Below, in pieces: positions 52,468-62,775 of a stretch of 64,000 bases of DNA. Each line of letters begins with the position of its first letter. Position 1 is the first letter of the stretch. This stretch comes from an uncultured Pseudohongiella sp. (lineage in GTDB: Bacteria; Pseudomonadota; Gammaproteobacteria; Pseudomonadales; Pseudohongiellaceae), in NCBI GenBank assembly GCA_964343795.1, contig CAYFKD010000003.1, forward strand, positions 260,669-324,668. The letters run 5' to 3'. The position numbers were made by a program, and so were the translations under genes. Below the pieces are notes generated by a model, which ran no database searches, was not told where the DNA came from, and saw only the letters and a list, made by a program, of their open reading frames with translations.

Positions 52468-53469
52468 ATGTATCCCATGTTTTCCAGAATCCTGCGCCTG
52501 GTTACCGGCTGCTGCCTTGTGGGACTGCTTCCCCTTACTCTTGCCATCGCCCAGACCCAGGGCCCGTTCGTGTCTGAAGAACAATTCGATCGCTGGATGG
52601 ATGAACTGTCCAACTGGGGCCGCTGGGGTCCGGATGATGAGATCGGTGCACTCAATCTCATTACCCCGCAGAAGCGAATCGAGGCGGCGGGACTGGTTCG
52701 CAATGGCGTTTCGGTGTCACTGGCCCGCACCGCCGATCATGAAGAAGCAATCGACAATCCCTGCCCGACGGAATGGGCCATGATCAACGCCAGTCCCCGG
52801 GGCGCCAGCGACCAAATCAATTTCCAATGTATTCATGGACCCGGTACCACTCACATCGATGGTTTTGCCCATCGATTCTTCGACGGCAAGATGTGGAATG
52901 GCTACGAAATGGAAGAGTGGATTACCCAGGAAGAAGGCACCCGCGTCGCCGATGTGCTTACCATGAAAGACGGCATCGTGACCCGCGGTGTGCTCTATGA
53001 CATCGCGGCATTGAAGGGCGTGGAATACCTGGAGCCGGGTTACCGTATCACCGTGGCTGACCTGGAGGCCTGGGAGGCGCGCACCGGTGCGGCAGTGGGA
53101 CCCGGTGACGCCATGTTCCTGCGCTGGGGCCGCTGGGTGCGGCGGGAAGCGGTGGGGCCCTTCGATACCTGGGCGGAAGCGGCGGGTTTCGACAACACGG
53201 TGATTCCCTGGCTGCGGGAGCGTGATATCGCCATTCTCGGCTGGGAAACACCGGGCTATACGCCGAGACCGGACGGGGATTTGCCCACCCTGGCACTCCA
53301 TGATTTTGCCCTGACCATGCTGGGTATCCACCTGGTGGACCGGGCCGACCTGGATGCCCTGTCGGAAACCGCGGCGGAACTGGGGCGCTATGAATTCATG
53401 TTGAACATTGCACCCTTGCCAATACCAAATGGTACCGGTTCGCCGGTGAATCCAATTGCGATTTTTTAA
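52468..53469 (+). CDS. Cyclase family protein (kynurenine formamidase-like fold) with signal peptide
   Basis: I take the start at MYPMFSRIL after AGGAGG. The sequence has a GTTHIDGFAH-type metal motif. Confidence 0.65.
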   Translation: MYPMFSRILRLVTGCCLVGLLPLTLAIAQTQGPFVSEEQFDRWMDELSNWGRWGPDDEIGALNLITPQKRIEAAGLVRNGVSVSLARTADHEEAIDNPCPTEWAMINASPRGASDQINFQCIHGPGTTHIDGFAHRFFDGKMWNGYEMEEWITQEEGTRVADVLTMKDGIVTRGVLYDIAALKGVEYLEPGYRITVADLEAWEARTGAAVGPGDAMFLRWGRWVRREAVGPFDTWAEAAGFDNTVIPWLRERDIAILGWETPGYTPRPDGDLPTLALHDFALTMLGIHLVDRADLDALSETAAELGRYEFMLNIAPLPIPNGTGSPVNPIAIF

Positions 53470-53499
53470 TCGGAGCTTTCATCCACAAGATTATTTAAT

Positions 53500-53563
53500 G
53501 GCCACAAAAAGGCACATATTTCACAAAGGCGAGATTTTGTATTCTTTTGTGCATTTTTGTGGC
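53500..53563. repeat. CACAAA-rich palindromic intergenic element, copy 3 (arms in the opposite arrangement)
   Basis: GGCCACAAAAAGGCACA ... TGTGCATTTTTGTGGC. Confidence 0.75.
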
Positions 53564-53597
53564 TGACATACATTTTTGACATCAGGAGACAGTTGTT

Positions 53598-54035
53598 ATG
53601 AATGAAACAACTACTGTGGCTATCCCAAAATCATTTTACTGGGTTGCTGGAATCGGCCTGGTGTGGAACCTGATCGGCCTGGCGACCTATTTCATGCAGG
53701 TGACCATGAGCCCGGAAACCCTGGCCGAATTGCCGCCGGAACAACAGGCGCTCTATTCGGACATTCCCATCTGGGCAACTTCCGCCTATGCCATTGCCGT
53801 TAATGCCGGGTGGATCGGTTGCCTGTTATTGCTGCTGCGCAAGAAGCTGGCCCTGTATCTATTGATATTGTCCCTGGCCGGGGTGATCGTGCAATTCGGC
53901 CATGCCCTTTTGATGACGGACGCATTGGCGGTAATGGGCGTAATCAGCCTGATTGGCCCGGTGTTTGTGTGCGGGATAGGCATCTTCCTGATCTGGTTTA
54001 CACTGTACAGTACCAATAAAGGCTGGTTATCCTAG
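53598..54035 (+). CDS. Hypothetical 4-TM membrane protein
   Basis: 145-aa hydrophobic ORF. Confidence 0.55.
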   Translation: MNETTTVAIPKSFYWVAGIGLVWNLIGLATYFMQVTMSPETLAELPPEQQALYSDIPIWATSAYAIAVNAGWIGCLLLLLRKKLALYLLILSLAGVIVQFGHALLMTDALAVMGVISLIGPVFVCGIGIFLIWFTLYSTNKGWLS

Positions 54036-54072
54036 GGCGATCGAAGCGTACTCAACACCTCACTGCATCCTC

Positions 54073-55098
54073 ATGGGGAAAACAATGATTAGAGACAAGC
54101 GCATACTTTTTAAACTACTGGTGCTGATCACAGGAACCATTGGCCTGAGCAGCCTGGCTCTGTCACAGGCCCATGATCATGGTGACCATGACGATCACGC
54201 TGATCATGCCGCCCACGAGTCCCATGATGGGGGCTACGGCAGTGCCGTCAGCGTGAATGAAACGGCACGACAGCAAATCGATGCCGCGAAAGCGGAAATC
54301 ATGGCCAACTACGGTTCACCCGAACAGGCTCAGGCGGCGGGCTGGCGCAGGCCCCGGTCCAGCACTCCCACCATGGGTGAGCACTGGAGCAATCCCCAGC
54401 TCGCCAGGCAAGCCGGTTTTGACCCCAGCAAACCGGAAATCCTCATGTATGCCCCCATAAACGGGGAGCTGACCCTGGTGGGTGCCTCATGGATGAACCG
54501 GCAGCCCCCGGAGGCGGATATTCCGCCGCTGTTTGATGGCCTGGACAACATGTGGCACCGCCATGATGCCACTGATGCATTGAATCGGGCCCAGGCTGCA
54601 GTGGCTGAAGCAAACGGCCGGCCCGCGGGACAACGGGCTTCCGGTATCGTCATGAACCATGTGTGGTTTATCGATGCCCAGCAGGGGGAATTCACCGGGC
54701 ATAACCACTGGATGCCGTTCATGGATGCGGACCTGCCCATCCCTCCTGCGGAGATCAGCGGTGAGCTGCTGGGCAAGGCCGCAGTAGCCCTGGGCGAAGT
54801 TAATGGATCGGCGTTTATCGTCGGGACTTATTACGACATGCTGTCGGCTGCTGCCCAGCAGGAAGTGGACGGCCACCGTGCCGCCATCCGCGGGCTGATA
54901 CCGGATTATCAAGACGCTCACGATGCAGGAAACGTGGATGGAATGCACGGCGTGCTGGCGGACATGGGTGCCCACTGGGACATGATCCGCGCGGTGCACA
55001 GCCGGGAATTCAGCCCGGAAGTGGCCAACCTGCTAAACGTTGCCTACGGAAACATGGTCTCGGCGAATGAGCACTCCGCCGACAGTCACGACCACTAA
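54073..55098 (+). CDS. Hypothetical secreted protein with His-rich termini
   Basis: Signal peptide followed by HDHGDHDDHADHAAHESHD, with the C-terminus HSADSHDH. Confidence 0.6.
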   Translation: MGKTMIRDKRILFKLLVLITGTIGLSSLALSQAHDHGDHDDHADHAAHESHDGGYGSAVSVNETARQQIDAAKAEIMANYGSPEQAQAAGWRRPRSSTPTMGEHWSNPQLARQAGFDPSKPEILMYAPINGELTLVGASWMNRQPPEADIPPLFDGLDNMWHRHDATDALNRAQAAVAEANGRPAGQRASGIVMNHVWFIDAQQGEFTGHNHWMPFMDADLPIPPAEISGELLGKAAVALGEVNGSAFIVGTYYDMLSAAAQQEVDGHRAAIRGLIPDYQDAHDAGNVDGMHGVLADMGAHWDMIRAVHSREFSPEVANLLNVAYGNMVSANEHSADSHDH

Positions 55099-55134
55099 AT
55101 GAAAAAGTGCCTGGCACTAATTGGTGCCAGGCAC

Positions 55135-56292
55135 TTACTGTGCCGCGCGCTGGTAATCCAGGTGCTGGAATTCCAGGGTAAAGCTCAATGGGACTGACAC
55201 CGGCAGGTAACAGATGGCGTCGTCACAGGCCTGGTAATCCAGCGTGCCGGTGAGCGTCAGCGCATTGATTTCCCGCAATTCTTCCTCTTTCTCCGCAGAC
55301 GCCTCTACCGTCGCCTCGAGCGTGACCCGGAAGGGTTCCTGGTAAACCGGGACATACTCATCAAGGGGTGCAAAGTAGTATATTTCCGAATCCGGATACT
55401 CCACGGTGGTATAGCGGACAAATTCAGAGTCGGCCATATTCAGGCTGATAACACGGTAACCTTTTTCTTCCGCCCCGGGCGCATACACATGCATGTCCTC
55501 CCCCGGTTCCACATCCACCGCCAGTGAAAAGCGTGAACCGTTGGTGACGATGGGATTGCTCGGGTAGGCAGTGAACTTCAATTGCGCCGTAGAGCCCTCG
55601 ATGGCGGCGATGGGCGACAGGGCAATACCGGATTTCAGCATCACGTTGGAAGTGGTAATGCGCTCCCGGTAAAACTCCTCGAAAAAGCGCGCGGTCACAC
55701 GGCCACGGGAATCCAGCACGAAGGTGCCGGGGAAGGGAGTGCCGTTAATCATCTGGCGCAGGCGCGGGGAATCGAATACTTCCGCCGCCACGTACCTGTG
55801 CACGTCGGCGGTTACGTCGGGGTCGTCGGCATTGGGCCCCAGTCCTTCGATGGCGATGGTGTTGAGAATGCCGTAGTCCGTGATGACTGCCGAGTCATCA
55901 TCGGACAGCAGGGGGAAGGTGATACCTCTCCGTGCAGCGAACGCCGCCAGGGTGTCTTCGCTGTCGTAACTGATGGCGGCCACGCCCATGCCCGCTGCCG
56001 TGAGCTCTTCCAAGCGGTCCTGCAACTCCACGAGTTGCGCTTTACAGTAAGGTCACCAGTCCGCGGAACGGTGAAACAGCAGCAGTGCGCCGTTGGGGCC
56101 GAGCACCGATTCCAGGCTGTGGTATTCACCGGACTGGTCAGGCAGGTTGAAATCGGGAACCCGTTCGCCCACCTGCGGGCCGAGTGCTTCGACATCTACA
56201 CCCGTGAGTGACTGCGCATTGGCAGTTGCCGCCGTCCCGGCCAGCAATGCAGTTATTGCGGTGATTCTGACTACTTCTTTAACAGGAGCCAT
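55135..56292 (-). CDS. Redoxin (AhpC/TSA-like) fused to a DsbD-N-like domain, with in-frame TGA; candidate selenoprotein
   Basis: The ORFs 56053-56358 and 55135-56031 share a frame and are separated by a TGA at 56053-56055. Read-through gives FHRSADW-U-PYCKAQLVELQ. The C-terminus has YQACDDAICYLP. I take the start at MAPVKE (56292) after GGAGGAG. Confidence 0.75.
56022..56038 (-). other. SECIS-like hairpin
   Basis: The mRNA reads GCAACUC-GUG-GAGUUGC. The stem starts 14 nt after the UGA. Confidence 0.55.
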
Positions 56293-56294
56293 TG

Positions 56295-56828
56295 TTATTC
56301 TCCTCCACTGGCGGTCGCAAAAGCCGACTTCGCTTCTTCGACTCCCTGGGGCGACCATTGCTGGTCTGCCGCATCTTCTATCTCTTTTTCGATCAGGACT
56401 CGAAAACCATCACTGAATAAGTGTTTCCGGTCATCGAAATAGGCTTTAAAACCCTTGCTCATGATTATCTGGCTGCGATGGCGCTTCAGAGTATCCCAAA
56501 GACTTTCATCTATTCGGCCTTCGCTGCGAAGATAAAACGCCCGCTCCCAGATCATTACATTCTGCATGACAGTAACCCGAAAGCGGGACAGTTCTTCCGG
56601 GGTCAGGCTGGGATCCGCCATGTGGCCCCGAATCCAAAGGTTCCAGCCGTCGGGGTCAATGCTCTGTTGCCGAATTCCCGTCAGCGCCTGGTTCAGGATT
56701 TCCTGGGTACCGGTGTGGCGGGCAGAACGATTGCTTTCCCTGATCTGCGCAGACAGGTAGAGCAGGGTAACAATGACGCCGATAGCACCGGCAATCTCTC
56801 CGATGGCGCCAAGTGCTTCCCAATTCAA
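56295..56828 (-). CDS. Hypothetical membrane-anchored protein (first gene of the selenoprotein operon)
   Basis: 177 aa with a TTG start after AAGGAAA and one N-terminal TM. Its stop lies 2 nt before the redoxin start. Confidence 0.55.
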   Translation of the reverse strand: MNWEALGAIGEIAGAIGVIVTLLYLSAQIRESNRSARHTGTQEILNQALTGIRQQSIDPDGWNLWIRGHMADPSLTPEELSRFRVTVMQNVMIWERAFYLRSEGRIDESLWDTLKRHRSQIIMSKGFKAYFDDRKHLFSDGFRVLIEKEIEDAADQQWSPQGVEEAKSAFATASGGE

Positions 56829-56837
56829 AACGATTTC

Positions 56838-56863
56838 CTTAATTAAGATATTACTTAATTACT
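56838..56863. promoter_or_regulatory. Palindromic operator AATTAAG-N6-CTTAATT, copy B
   Basis: CTTAATTAAGATATTACTTAATTAC lies immediately upstream of the 56828 start and overlaps its RBS. Confidence 0.5.
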
Positions 56864-57862
56864 TTCTTGCGCCAGGCGTTCTTCCACCCTGGCACCACGA
56901 AGTATGTTCACCATGCCGTAATTGCCTTCGTGGCAGGCATACTCGTAAACCTGCCCGTCCACCCGCGTCATTGCGACGATGCCGGTGAAGCGATCGGTGT
57001 AGGTAGAGGGATCATCCACGGTAAATTCATAATCGACGGTATATGGCCCGACGCGAGTGAAGCGCTCGGTAAGCACCTTGTCATAGGAAGTGCCGGCGGA
57101 ACCGAAGCTGCTTGAGAGGCCGTTGAAGTTCCGGGTGACTACAACAAGTGTGTCGTCATCCCAGTAGCCTTTCGAGTCACCGGTCCACAGCCGCACATCG
57201 TCATGGAGGTTCGGCACATCGTCCTCGGAATCATATAAAGGAACGATGCGGGCATCGTGAATCATCTCGGTCATGAGGACGGCGGTATCTTTTGACTGGA
57301 AGATCTGCACGTTGTTGTTGTACAGGCTGGGTGTAAAAGGAGGGCCGGCATTAAAGCCGATGATGCAGCGTTCGGACAGGCCCCGGTCCTCCGGGCCATC
57401 GGCGCCGATACCGCCGGCGGCTATGCGCACCGGGCGCGATTCGCCGGTGCTGGCACCACCGTAAATTCCCTGTCCGGAAATCGCTCCTTCCACCAGGTCC
57501 GGCAGGCGGCCGTCTTCCGGGTAAATAATGTGGGAGGTGCGCACGGTGTCGCCGATGCCGGCGTTCTCGATCCAGAAGTCGTTATAGGATTCATCCACAC
57601 CACCAATGGGCAAGGCGGAGTCGGAGGCGGCGTCCGCCGCGGCTCGCCGGGCCAGGATTTCCTCGATTTCCTCGTCGGTGAGGAACTGGCGGGTGCCGTA
57701 GCGGGGCGAGCGCTGCATGGGCACATTGGAAGAGAAGTTCCATACGCCCTGCAGGTCAGGCTGGCCCCATTCGGTGTGAGGTACCACATAGTCTTCGGCA
57801 GCAAAGGCTCCCAGGGTAAATACAGCGGCAATGGCGGGAAGAACAGTGTTGGCTCGGATCAT
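56855..57862 (-). CDS. Hypothetical secreted protein
   Basis: 335-aa ORF with a signal peptide. Confidence 0.6.
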   Translation of the reverse strand: MIRANTVLPAIAAVFTLGAFAAEDYVVPHTEWGQPDLQGVWNFSSNVPMQRSPRYGTRQFLTDEEIEEILARRAAADAASDSALPIGGVDESYNDFWIENAGIGDTVRTSHIIYPEDGRLPDLVEGAISGQGIYGGASTGESRPVRIAAGGIGADGPEDRGLSERCIIGFNAGPPFTPSLYNNNVQIFQSKDTAVLMTEMIHDARIVPLYDSEDDVPNLHDDVRLWTGDSKGYWDDDTLVVVTRNFNGLSSSFGSAGTSYDKVLTERFTRVGPYTVDYEFTVDDPSTYTDRFTGIVAMTRVDGQVYEYACHEGNYGMVNILRGARVEERLAQESN

Positions 57863-58040
57863 GGCGGTCTCCGCGGAGGTCCGTAATTCTTATAATGCAC
57901 CAAGATTACTAGAGCCCGCAGGCCTTGCCAACGGGAAGGAACCGGGCTGAATCAGGTGCGGCATCACAGAATGGCTGGCGGCATGCGACTACGCTTGGCG
58001 GGGAAGGGCAGATTGCCGACAATAGTGATACAGCCAAGCT

Positions 58041-59846
58041 ATGACTGACCGAATCCTCCATATCGAAAAACTGCGCGGGATTGCCATCTTGCTGGTGCTG
58101 CTGTTTCACCTGGAAGTACCGGGCTTCAGCTATGGCTATTTCGGGGTGGACCTGTTCTTTGTCATCAGCGGTTTCCTTATGGCTCATCTCTATGGAGAGA
58201 TTCGCGACAGGGAACAGATTTCCCGGTTTTTCGTAAAACGTTTTGCCCGGATTTTGCCTGCTTACTACGCGCTCATCCTGCTGGTGGTGGTTGCCTCGGT
58301 GTTTTCGCTGCTGCCCCACGAAATCGAACTGGTCATGACAAGCAGCGTGTGGTCGGCCTTGTTGCTGCCTAATTTCGGTTTCTGGCAGGACGCGCCGTAT
58401 TTCGTGTACATGCTGTTCCGGCCGCTGCTCAACCTGTGGTCCCTGGGCGTTGAACTTCAGTTTTACCTGTTGTTTCCGCTGCTGTTGCTGGTCCGGCGGC
58501 AATCCTCATTATTATTTAACCTGGTCTGCCTGGTTTCTCTGTTGATCTATGGTGTCACCAGTTACGTGGATCCCAAGACCGCGTTCTTCATGTTGCCCGG
58601 GCGCTTGTGGGAGTTCTTTGCCGGAATTTATGTCGCTCAGCTTTTTTCCAGCAAAGGCGCTAAGCCTCTTTTGGGCGCCGCGGCTATTCTGACTCTGATT
58701 GCGCTTATCCTGCTTGCACCATTGCTGGAATTACGTAATGCCTTCCCGGTAGGCGTGCTGGTGGTTCTGTTGAGCGCAGTGGCCGTGCTGTTTGGATTTT
58801 CCACCGGCACGGAAACCAATCCTGTGTCAAAGTCGCTGGTGGAAACGGGAAAGTACTCCTACTCCATTTACCTGGTGCATTTCCCGGTCATAGTCTTCTT
58901 TAATTATGTGCCTTTCGAAGGGACCATATTGCAGGTAAGCGGCTTACCCGGCTTGCTGGCGGTGCTGTTGCTTATCGGGCTGTTGTCCTGGTTGCTGTAC
59001 AACTTGGTGGAAACACCTACTCGCCACACACTGGGAGGGCGACAGCTCCTTGGCATGGGCACCGTTGCGGCGGCATTGATGGTACTGGTAGCCCGGCCCG
59101 CGGTAACAATCGGTGAGTCGCGCCTGATTCCGGAAGAGCTCAATATCGTCAGCGGGCTGGATGACCGGGGCTACTACAAGTGTGACGAGGCGGCCACGGC
59201 ACGCAACCTGCTGGAACCCAGTTGCCAGCTCGATGACCTGGCGAACCCGATGTATCGATTTCTTATCGTGGGTGACAGCCATGCCGATACCATCAAGCAA
59301 CCGTTGCAGGCAGTGTTGAATGCAGCCAACCAGAGCCTGCGCCTGTGGGACGGTTACCACGCCATTCCCACCGCTTTCGACGGCAGTACGGTAATTGAAG
59401 AAGCGATCAGGCAGGGAGCGGGTACGATCATCCTGCACCAGATTCGCCAGTCCGACGACGGGGCCGGTATCGAAGCGTTCATCCAGAATGCCGCGGAATA
59501 TGATCTCGAGGTGGTCATGATCGCACCGGTGCCGCTGTATTGGGAAAGCATACCCAGGACCCTGCTCACCCAGTACCGCAGCAATGGCGAGTTAAACCGC
59601 GTGGGCATGAGCCGTGCCGAATATGATGAAGTGAATGGCTTGTTGCTAAGCCGCCTGAACCGCTGGGGCGAGCAGTATGATAATTTTCGTTGGTACAATA
59701 CCGCCCAGTACCTGTGTGACCGTGATTGTTATATCGCCGCCGAAGACGGCCGGCCTTATTACTACGATCACAACCACCTGACTCTCACCGGTGTCGAGCT
59801 TTTGCGTCCCATTTTTGAAGACATCAGTGCGAAAGCCGGAAACTAA
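58041..59846 (+). CDS. Acyltransferase family 3 protein with C-terminal SGNH-like domain (OafA/YrhL type)
   Basis: N-terminus HIEKLRGIAILLVLLFH ... GVDLFFVISGFLM, about 10 TM segments, and a soluble C-terminus with the GDSHA motif. Confidence 0.85.
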   Translation: MTDRILHIEKLRGIAILLVLLFHLEVPGFSYGYFGVDLFFVISGFLMAHLYGEIRDREQISRFFVKRFARILPAYYALILLVVVASVFSLLPHEIELVMTSSVWSALLLPNFGFWQDAPYFVYMLFRPLLNLWSLGVELQFYLLFPLLLLVRRQSSLLFNLVCLVSLLIYGVTSYVDPKTAFFMLPGRLWEFFAGIYVAQLFSSKGAKPLLGAAAILTLIALILLAPLLELRNAFPVGVLVVLLSAVAVLFGFSTGTETNPVSKSLVETGKYSYSIYLVHFPVIVFFNYVPFEGTILQVSGLPGLLAVLLLIGLLSWLLYNLVETPTRHTLGGRQLLGMGTVAAALMVLVARPAVTIGESRLIPEELNIVSGLDDRGYYKCDEAATARNLLEPSCQLDDLANPMYRFLIVGDSHADTIKQPLQAVLNAANQSLRLWDGYHAIPTAFDGSTVIEEAIRQGAGTIILHQIRQSDDGAGIEAFIQNAAEYDLEVVMIAPVPLYWESIPRTLLTQYRSNGELNRVGMSRAEYDEVNGLLLSRLNRWGEQYDNFRWYNTAQYLCDRDCYIAAEDGRPYYYDHNHLTLTGVELLRPIFEDISAKAGN

Positions 59847-59999
59847 CCTTTAGCCAGCCCTGAAATTCCTTCAAATATCCGGTTATGATTGAAAATCACC
59901 GGATATTCATCTTTCTATTCCTTCTGGAATATCCAAGAATGTTTCCCAAGCCTGCAATAACACTGGGCTTCGAGAAGATGACCGGAAGGAGAATGGAAT

Positions 60000-60824
60000 A
60001 TGAATTTTGGCGAGAAACTGCGCTTACTGCGTACCGAAAAGGGTTGGCATCAACCGGATTTGGCGGAAAAACTGGGTATTGAGCAGTCTTACCTGTCCAA
60101 GCTGGAGAACGGCAAGTCCATACCTTCCGCTGAGATTTTTGACAGCATTTTGCAGGCGTTTGGGATTTCCGTTGCGGAATTCATGGATGGCCTTGAAGAT
60201 CCTTCTGTTCGCAAGCAGCTGATGGGATTACCCCCGGTTGCCAGCTACCTTGGCACTCAGCAGGTTCGCCAAAACAGAAATCAACGTGCCTGGCTGATTG
60301 GTTCAGGATTAAGTCTCTGCCTGGGTTTCGGTGCCATAATCGCGGGGGCGCTTTCACTCGCCAATCCGACGATCTATTACCAATACATGTCCGATGGAAT
60401 AGTACCTCGCGGGGAGCAGGGCGAAATGTTCACCGTCCTTGAGGAGTACGTGGATTATGCTGTGTCTCAACGTCGTGTCGAGCTGATAGATTCCGGGTTA
60501 AGGTTGGATCAGGCTGCAATGGAGAGTCAGAAAGATGCCTACCAGATAAGTGCGCGGCTGGCAGGATTGCAATTCGATCACTACCTGTCTTCACGATTTT
60601 TTCGCGGACAGTTTTTTACCGTGGAGATGAACTCTAAGGAAGCCTGGGACGCCATGGTTGCAGCAGGAGTTGAGAGTGGTGGAACCCGCACCTATCACCT
60701 GAACTCGACCACTGAGATCAAGAGCCAAAACTATATTTACTATTTGGTTATCGGTGTGATGCTGTTTGTTGGTGGTTTTGCTGGTTTCGCAGTAGAGCGG
60801 CGTATGCACCAGCGAGGAATCTGA
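60000..60824 (+). CDS. XRE-family HTH protein with a membrane-spanning C-terminal region
   Basis: FGEKLRLLRTEKGWHQPDLAEKLGIEQSYLSKLENGK, followed by two TM segments. RBS GGAAGGAG. Confidence 0.8.
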   Translation: MNFGEKLRLLRTEKGWHQPDLAEKLGIEQSYLSKLENGKSIPSAEIFDSILQAFGISVAEFMDGLEDPSVRKQLMGLPPVASYLGTQQVRQNRNQRAWLIGSGLSLCLGFGAIIAGALSLANPTIYYQYMSDGIVPRGEQGEMFTVLEEYVDYAVSQRRVELIDSGLRLDQAAMESQKDAYQISARLAGLQFDHYLSSRFFRGQFFTVEMNSKEAWDAMVAAGVESGGTRTYHLNSTTEIKSQNYIYYLVIGVMLFVGGFAGFAVERRMHQRGI

Positions 60825-61940
60825 CTACCAGGCTACGCGCTGGTCGCCGTAGTAAAAGAATGGGAATTCGAAACGAATGCCGGGCCGCGGGCAGGGCTGG
60901 TAATCCGGATCGGCACTGCGGCGGATGGCTTCATCCAATACGAACTCCTGGGCGGCACGTTCTCCCGATTCGATCCAGATATCAAACCACTGGTTCGCAA
61001 GATCTTCATCCCAGAACATCAGGTCGTTGGCTAATCTCCTGTTCAGGTCATAGGAGCGCGACTCATTCGCATCCAGAATTACCTGGTTCATACGATTGTA
61101 GTTACCCGTGTCGCCAAGCATTTGGAATGCGGTTTGCTGTGTTGCTCTTCCCAGCATTTCACCCATGTAGTTGCTGCTCTGAGTTTCCATTAGCTCTCCA
61201 AATGCGAGGCAGTTGGAATAGAGCTGTTCATCTTCGGTAGCAATCGTGCAAACGCTATAAGTTCTGTAGTTAACCATATTCAGACCTACTCCCCGGCCAA
61301 ATAGATAGCCAAGAATCGGGTCCGAAAATATGGAGATACCATTCGGGATTCCGTCTCGGATTATTTGAAAATTTCGCGGAAGCATGTCATCGAACTCTGG
61401 CGCATTGGCAGCCTGGCGCATGGCTACGGTGGATCCGAAGTCATCACCCGTGGCATTTCGATAGATTGCCAACATGTTCCAGGCAGCGGAATTATTGCTG
61501 TTTAGGTCGGCGGCAGCACTTAGTAGCGCTTGATCGCAGGCTTCCGATTGTGAATTATTCGAACAGGCATGGAGGTAATGCATGGCCACGAATGCATTGT
61601 CGGGGTTCGTATCCATAAACTCGCGGGTAATCCGAGTTGCATCGGTTAGCGCAGGATCGAGCAAGTCTCCCACCAGGCGAGACTCTATATTGTCAGCTCC
61701 GGTAAGGTTTTCCATAAACCGATCGTTGAGATCTGCTCGCTGCTCCTCGAGCTCTTCGGGTGAAAGCCCTGTGATTTCTGGCGGAGCGCAATATAACACC
61801 TGCGCTTCTTCACGCGGCGGTTCGTAGTTCATCAGGAAAAACACAGGACGCGACCACAGAGCCAGGGCTACAAACGCCAGTGCGCCGGCGATAAAGAGTC
61901 GATATTTCTGGTAGGGCGAAGGTGGCACAGGGAGTTCCAT
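60825..61940 (-). CDS. Hypothetical membrane-anchored protein
   Basis: 371-aa ORF with an N-terminal TM. Confidence 0.5.
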   Translation of the reverse strand: MELPVPPSPYQKYRLFIAGALAFVALALWSRPVFFLMNYEPPREEAQVLYCAPPEITGLSPEELEEQRADLNDRFMENLTGADNIESRLVGDLLDPALTDATRITREFMDTNPDNAFVAMHYLHACSNNSQSEACDQALLSAAADLNSNNSAAWNMLAIYRNATGDDFGSTVAMRQAANAPEFDDMLPRNFQIIRDGIPNGISIFSDPILGYLFGRGVGLNMVNYRTYSVCTIATEDEQLYSNCLAFGELMETQSSNYMGEMLGRATQQTAFQMLGDTGNYNRMNQVILDANESRSYDLNRRLANDLMFWDEDLANQWFDIWIESGERAAQEFVLDEAIRRSADPDYQPCPRPGIRFEFPFFYYGDQRVAW

Positions 61941-61982
61941 ACTCCAGACGATGCCGCGCAGTATAGCAGAGGGATGACCTGG

Positions 61983-62726
61983 CTAGCGGGGCAGGTTCCA
62001 GTCGAAACGATACTCGACGTTTTCCACCGCGACCGCTTCTCCATCCACCAGCCGGGGCTGGAAACGCAGGCGTTCGCCGGCGCGCAGTGCTTCGCTGTCG
62101 AAGACACCGGGCGGCACACTCTCGGCAATGCGCAGGTTGGTCACGGAACCGGATCTGGTAACGGTAAATGCCACGACCACGTAGCCCTCTATACCTGCCA
62201 GTTCCGCATCTTCCGGGTAAGCCGGGGTAATAAACGAGGAAGGAAGCACTTCCCGGAACTGCAGCTCCTGGGGAGGTGGTTCACGCACCACAGCTTGCTG
62301 TTCTTCCAGTTCGTAGCGGAAGACATAGTGGATATCTTCCACGATATCGCCGCGGGTATTCTCAAAGGTGAGCCGGCGGGCGGCGCTGAGGGCTGACTGG
62401 GTGAAATAGCCGGCAGGCTGTTCTTCCTCGATCTGCAGTGAGCCGGGCATGACCAGGCCATTTTCATCCACATCGAAATGCAGCATGACCCAGCCTTCGA
62501 CGCGCTGGTTGCGCGCACGCAGGGGATACAGCGGCTCTGGTTCGAAGCGAGTGAGCAATCCGCGGGTAAAGCTGGGCGGGGGCAGGCGTTCGATATCGTC
62601 CGCAGTCAGTGGTCGAGGCACGTTTTCCACGGCATCACAGGCGACAAACACAACCACAGCCGCCACCAGCAGCAGGCGCAGCCTCGCTGGCGAACTGATC
62701 GGTTTATTATGGGTGGCTACTGTCAT
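61983..62726 (-). CDS. TonB-family protein with two TonB C-terminal domains
   Basis: Two copies of the YP..A...(V/I)EG.V...F.V motif (YPLRARNQRVEGWVMLHFDV and YPEDAELAGIEGYVVVAFTV). Confidence 0.7.
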   Translation of the reverse strand: MTVATHNKPISSPARLRLLLVAAVVVFVACDAVENVPRPLTADDIERLPPPSFTRGLLTRFEPEPLYPLRARNQRVEGWVMLHFDVDENGLVMPGSLQIEEEQPAGYFTQSALSAARRLTFENTRGDIVEDIHYVFRYELEEQQAVVREPPPQELQFREVLPSSFITPAYPEDAELAGIEGYVVVAFTVTRSGSVTNLRIAESVPPGVFDSEALRAGERLRFQPRLVDGEAVAVENVEYRFDWNLPR

Positions 62727-62775
62727 GGGCTGAGGCTAGCAAATTTTTGTTGTAAGTAAGTGCCAGTGGCAGCAA

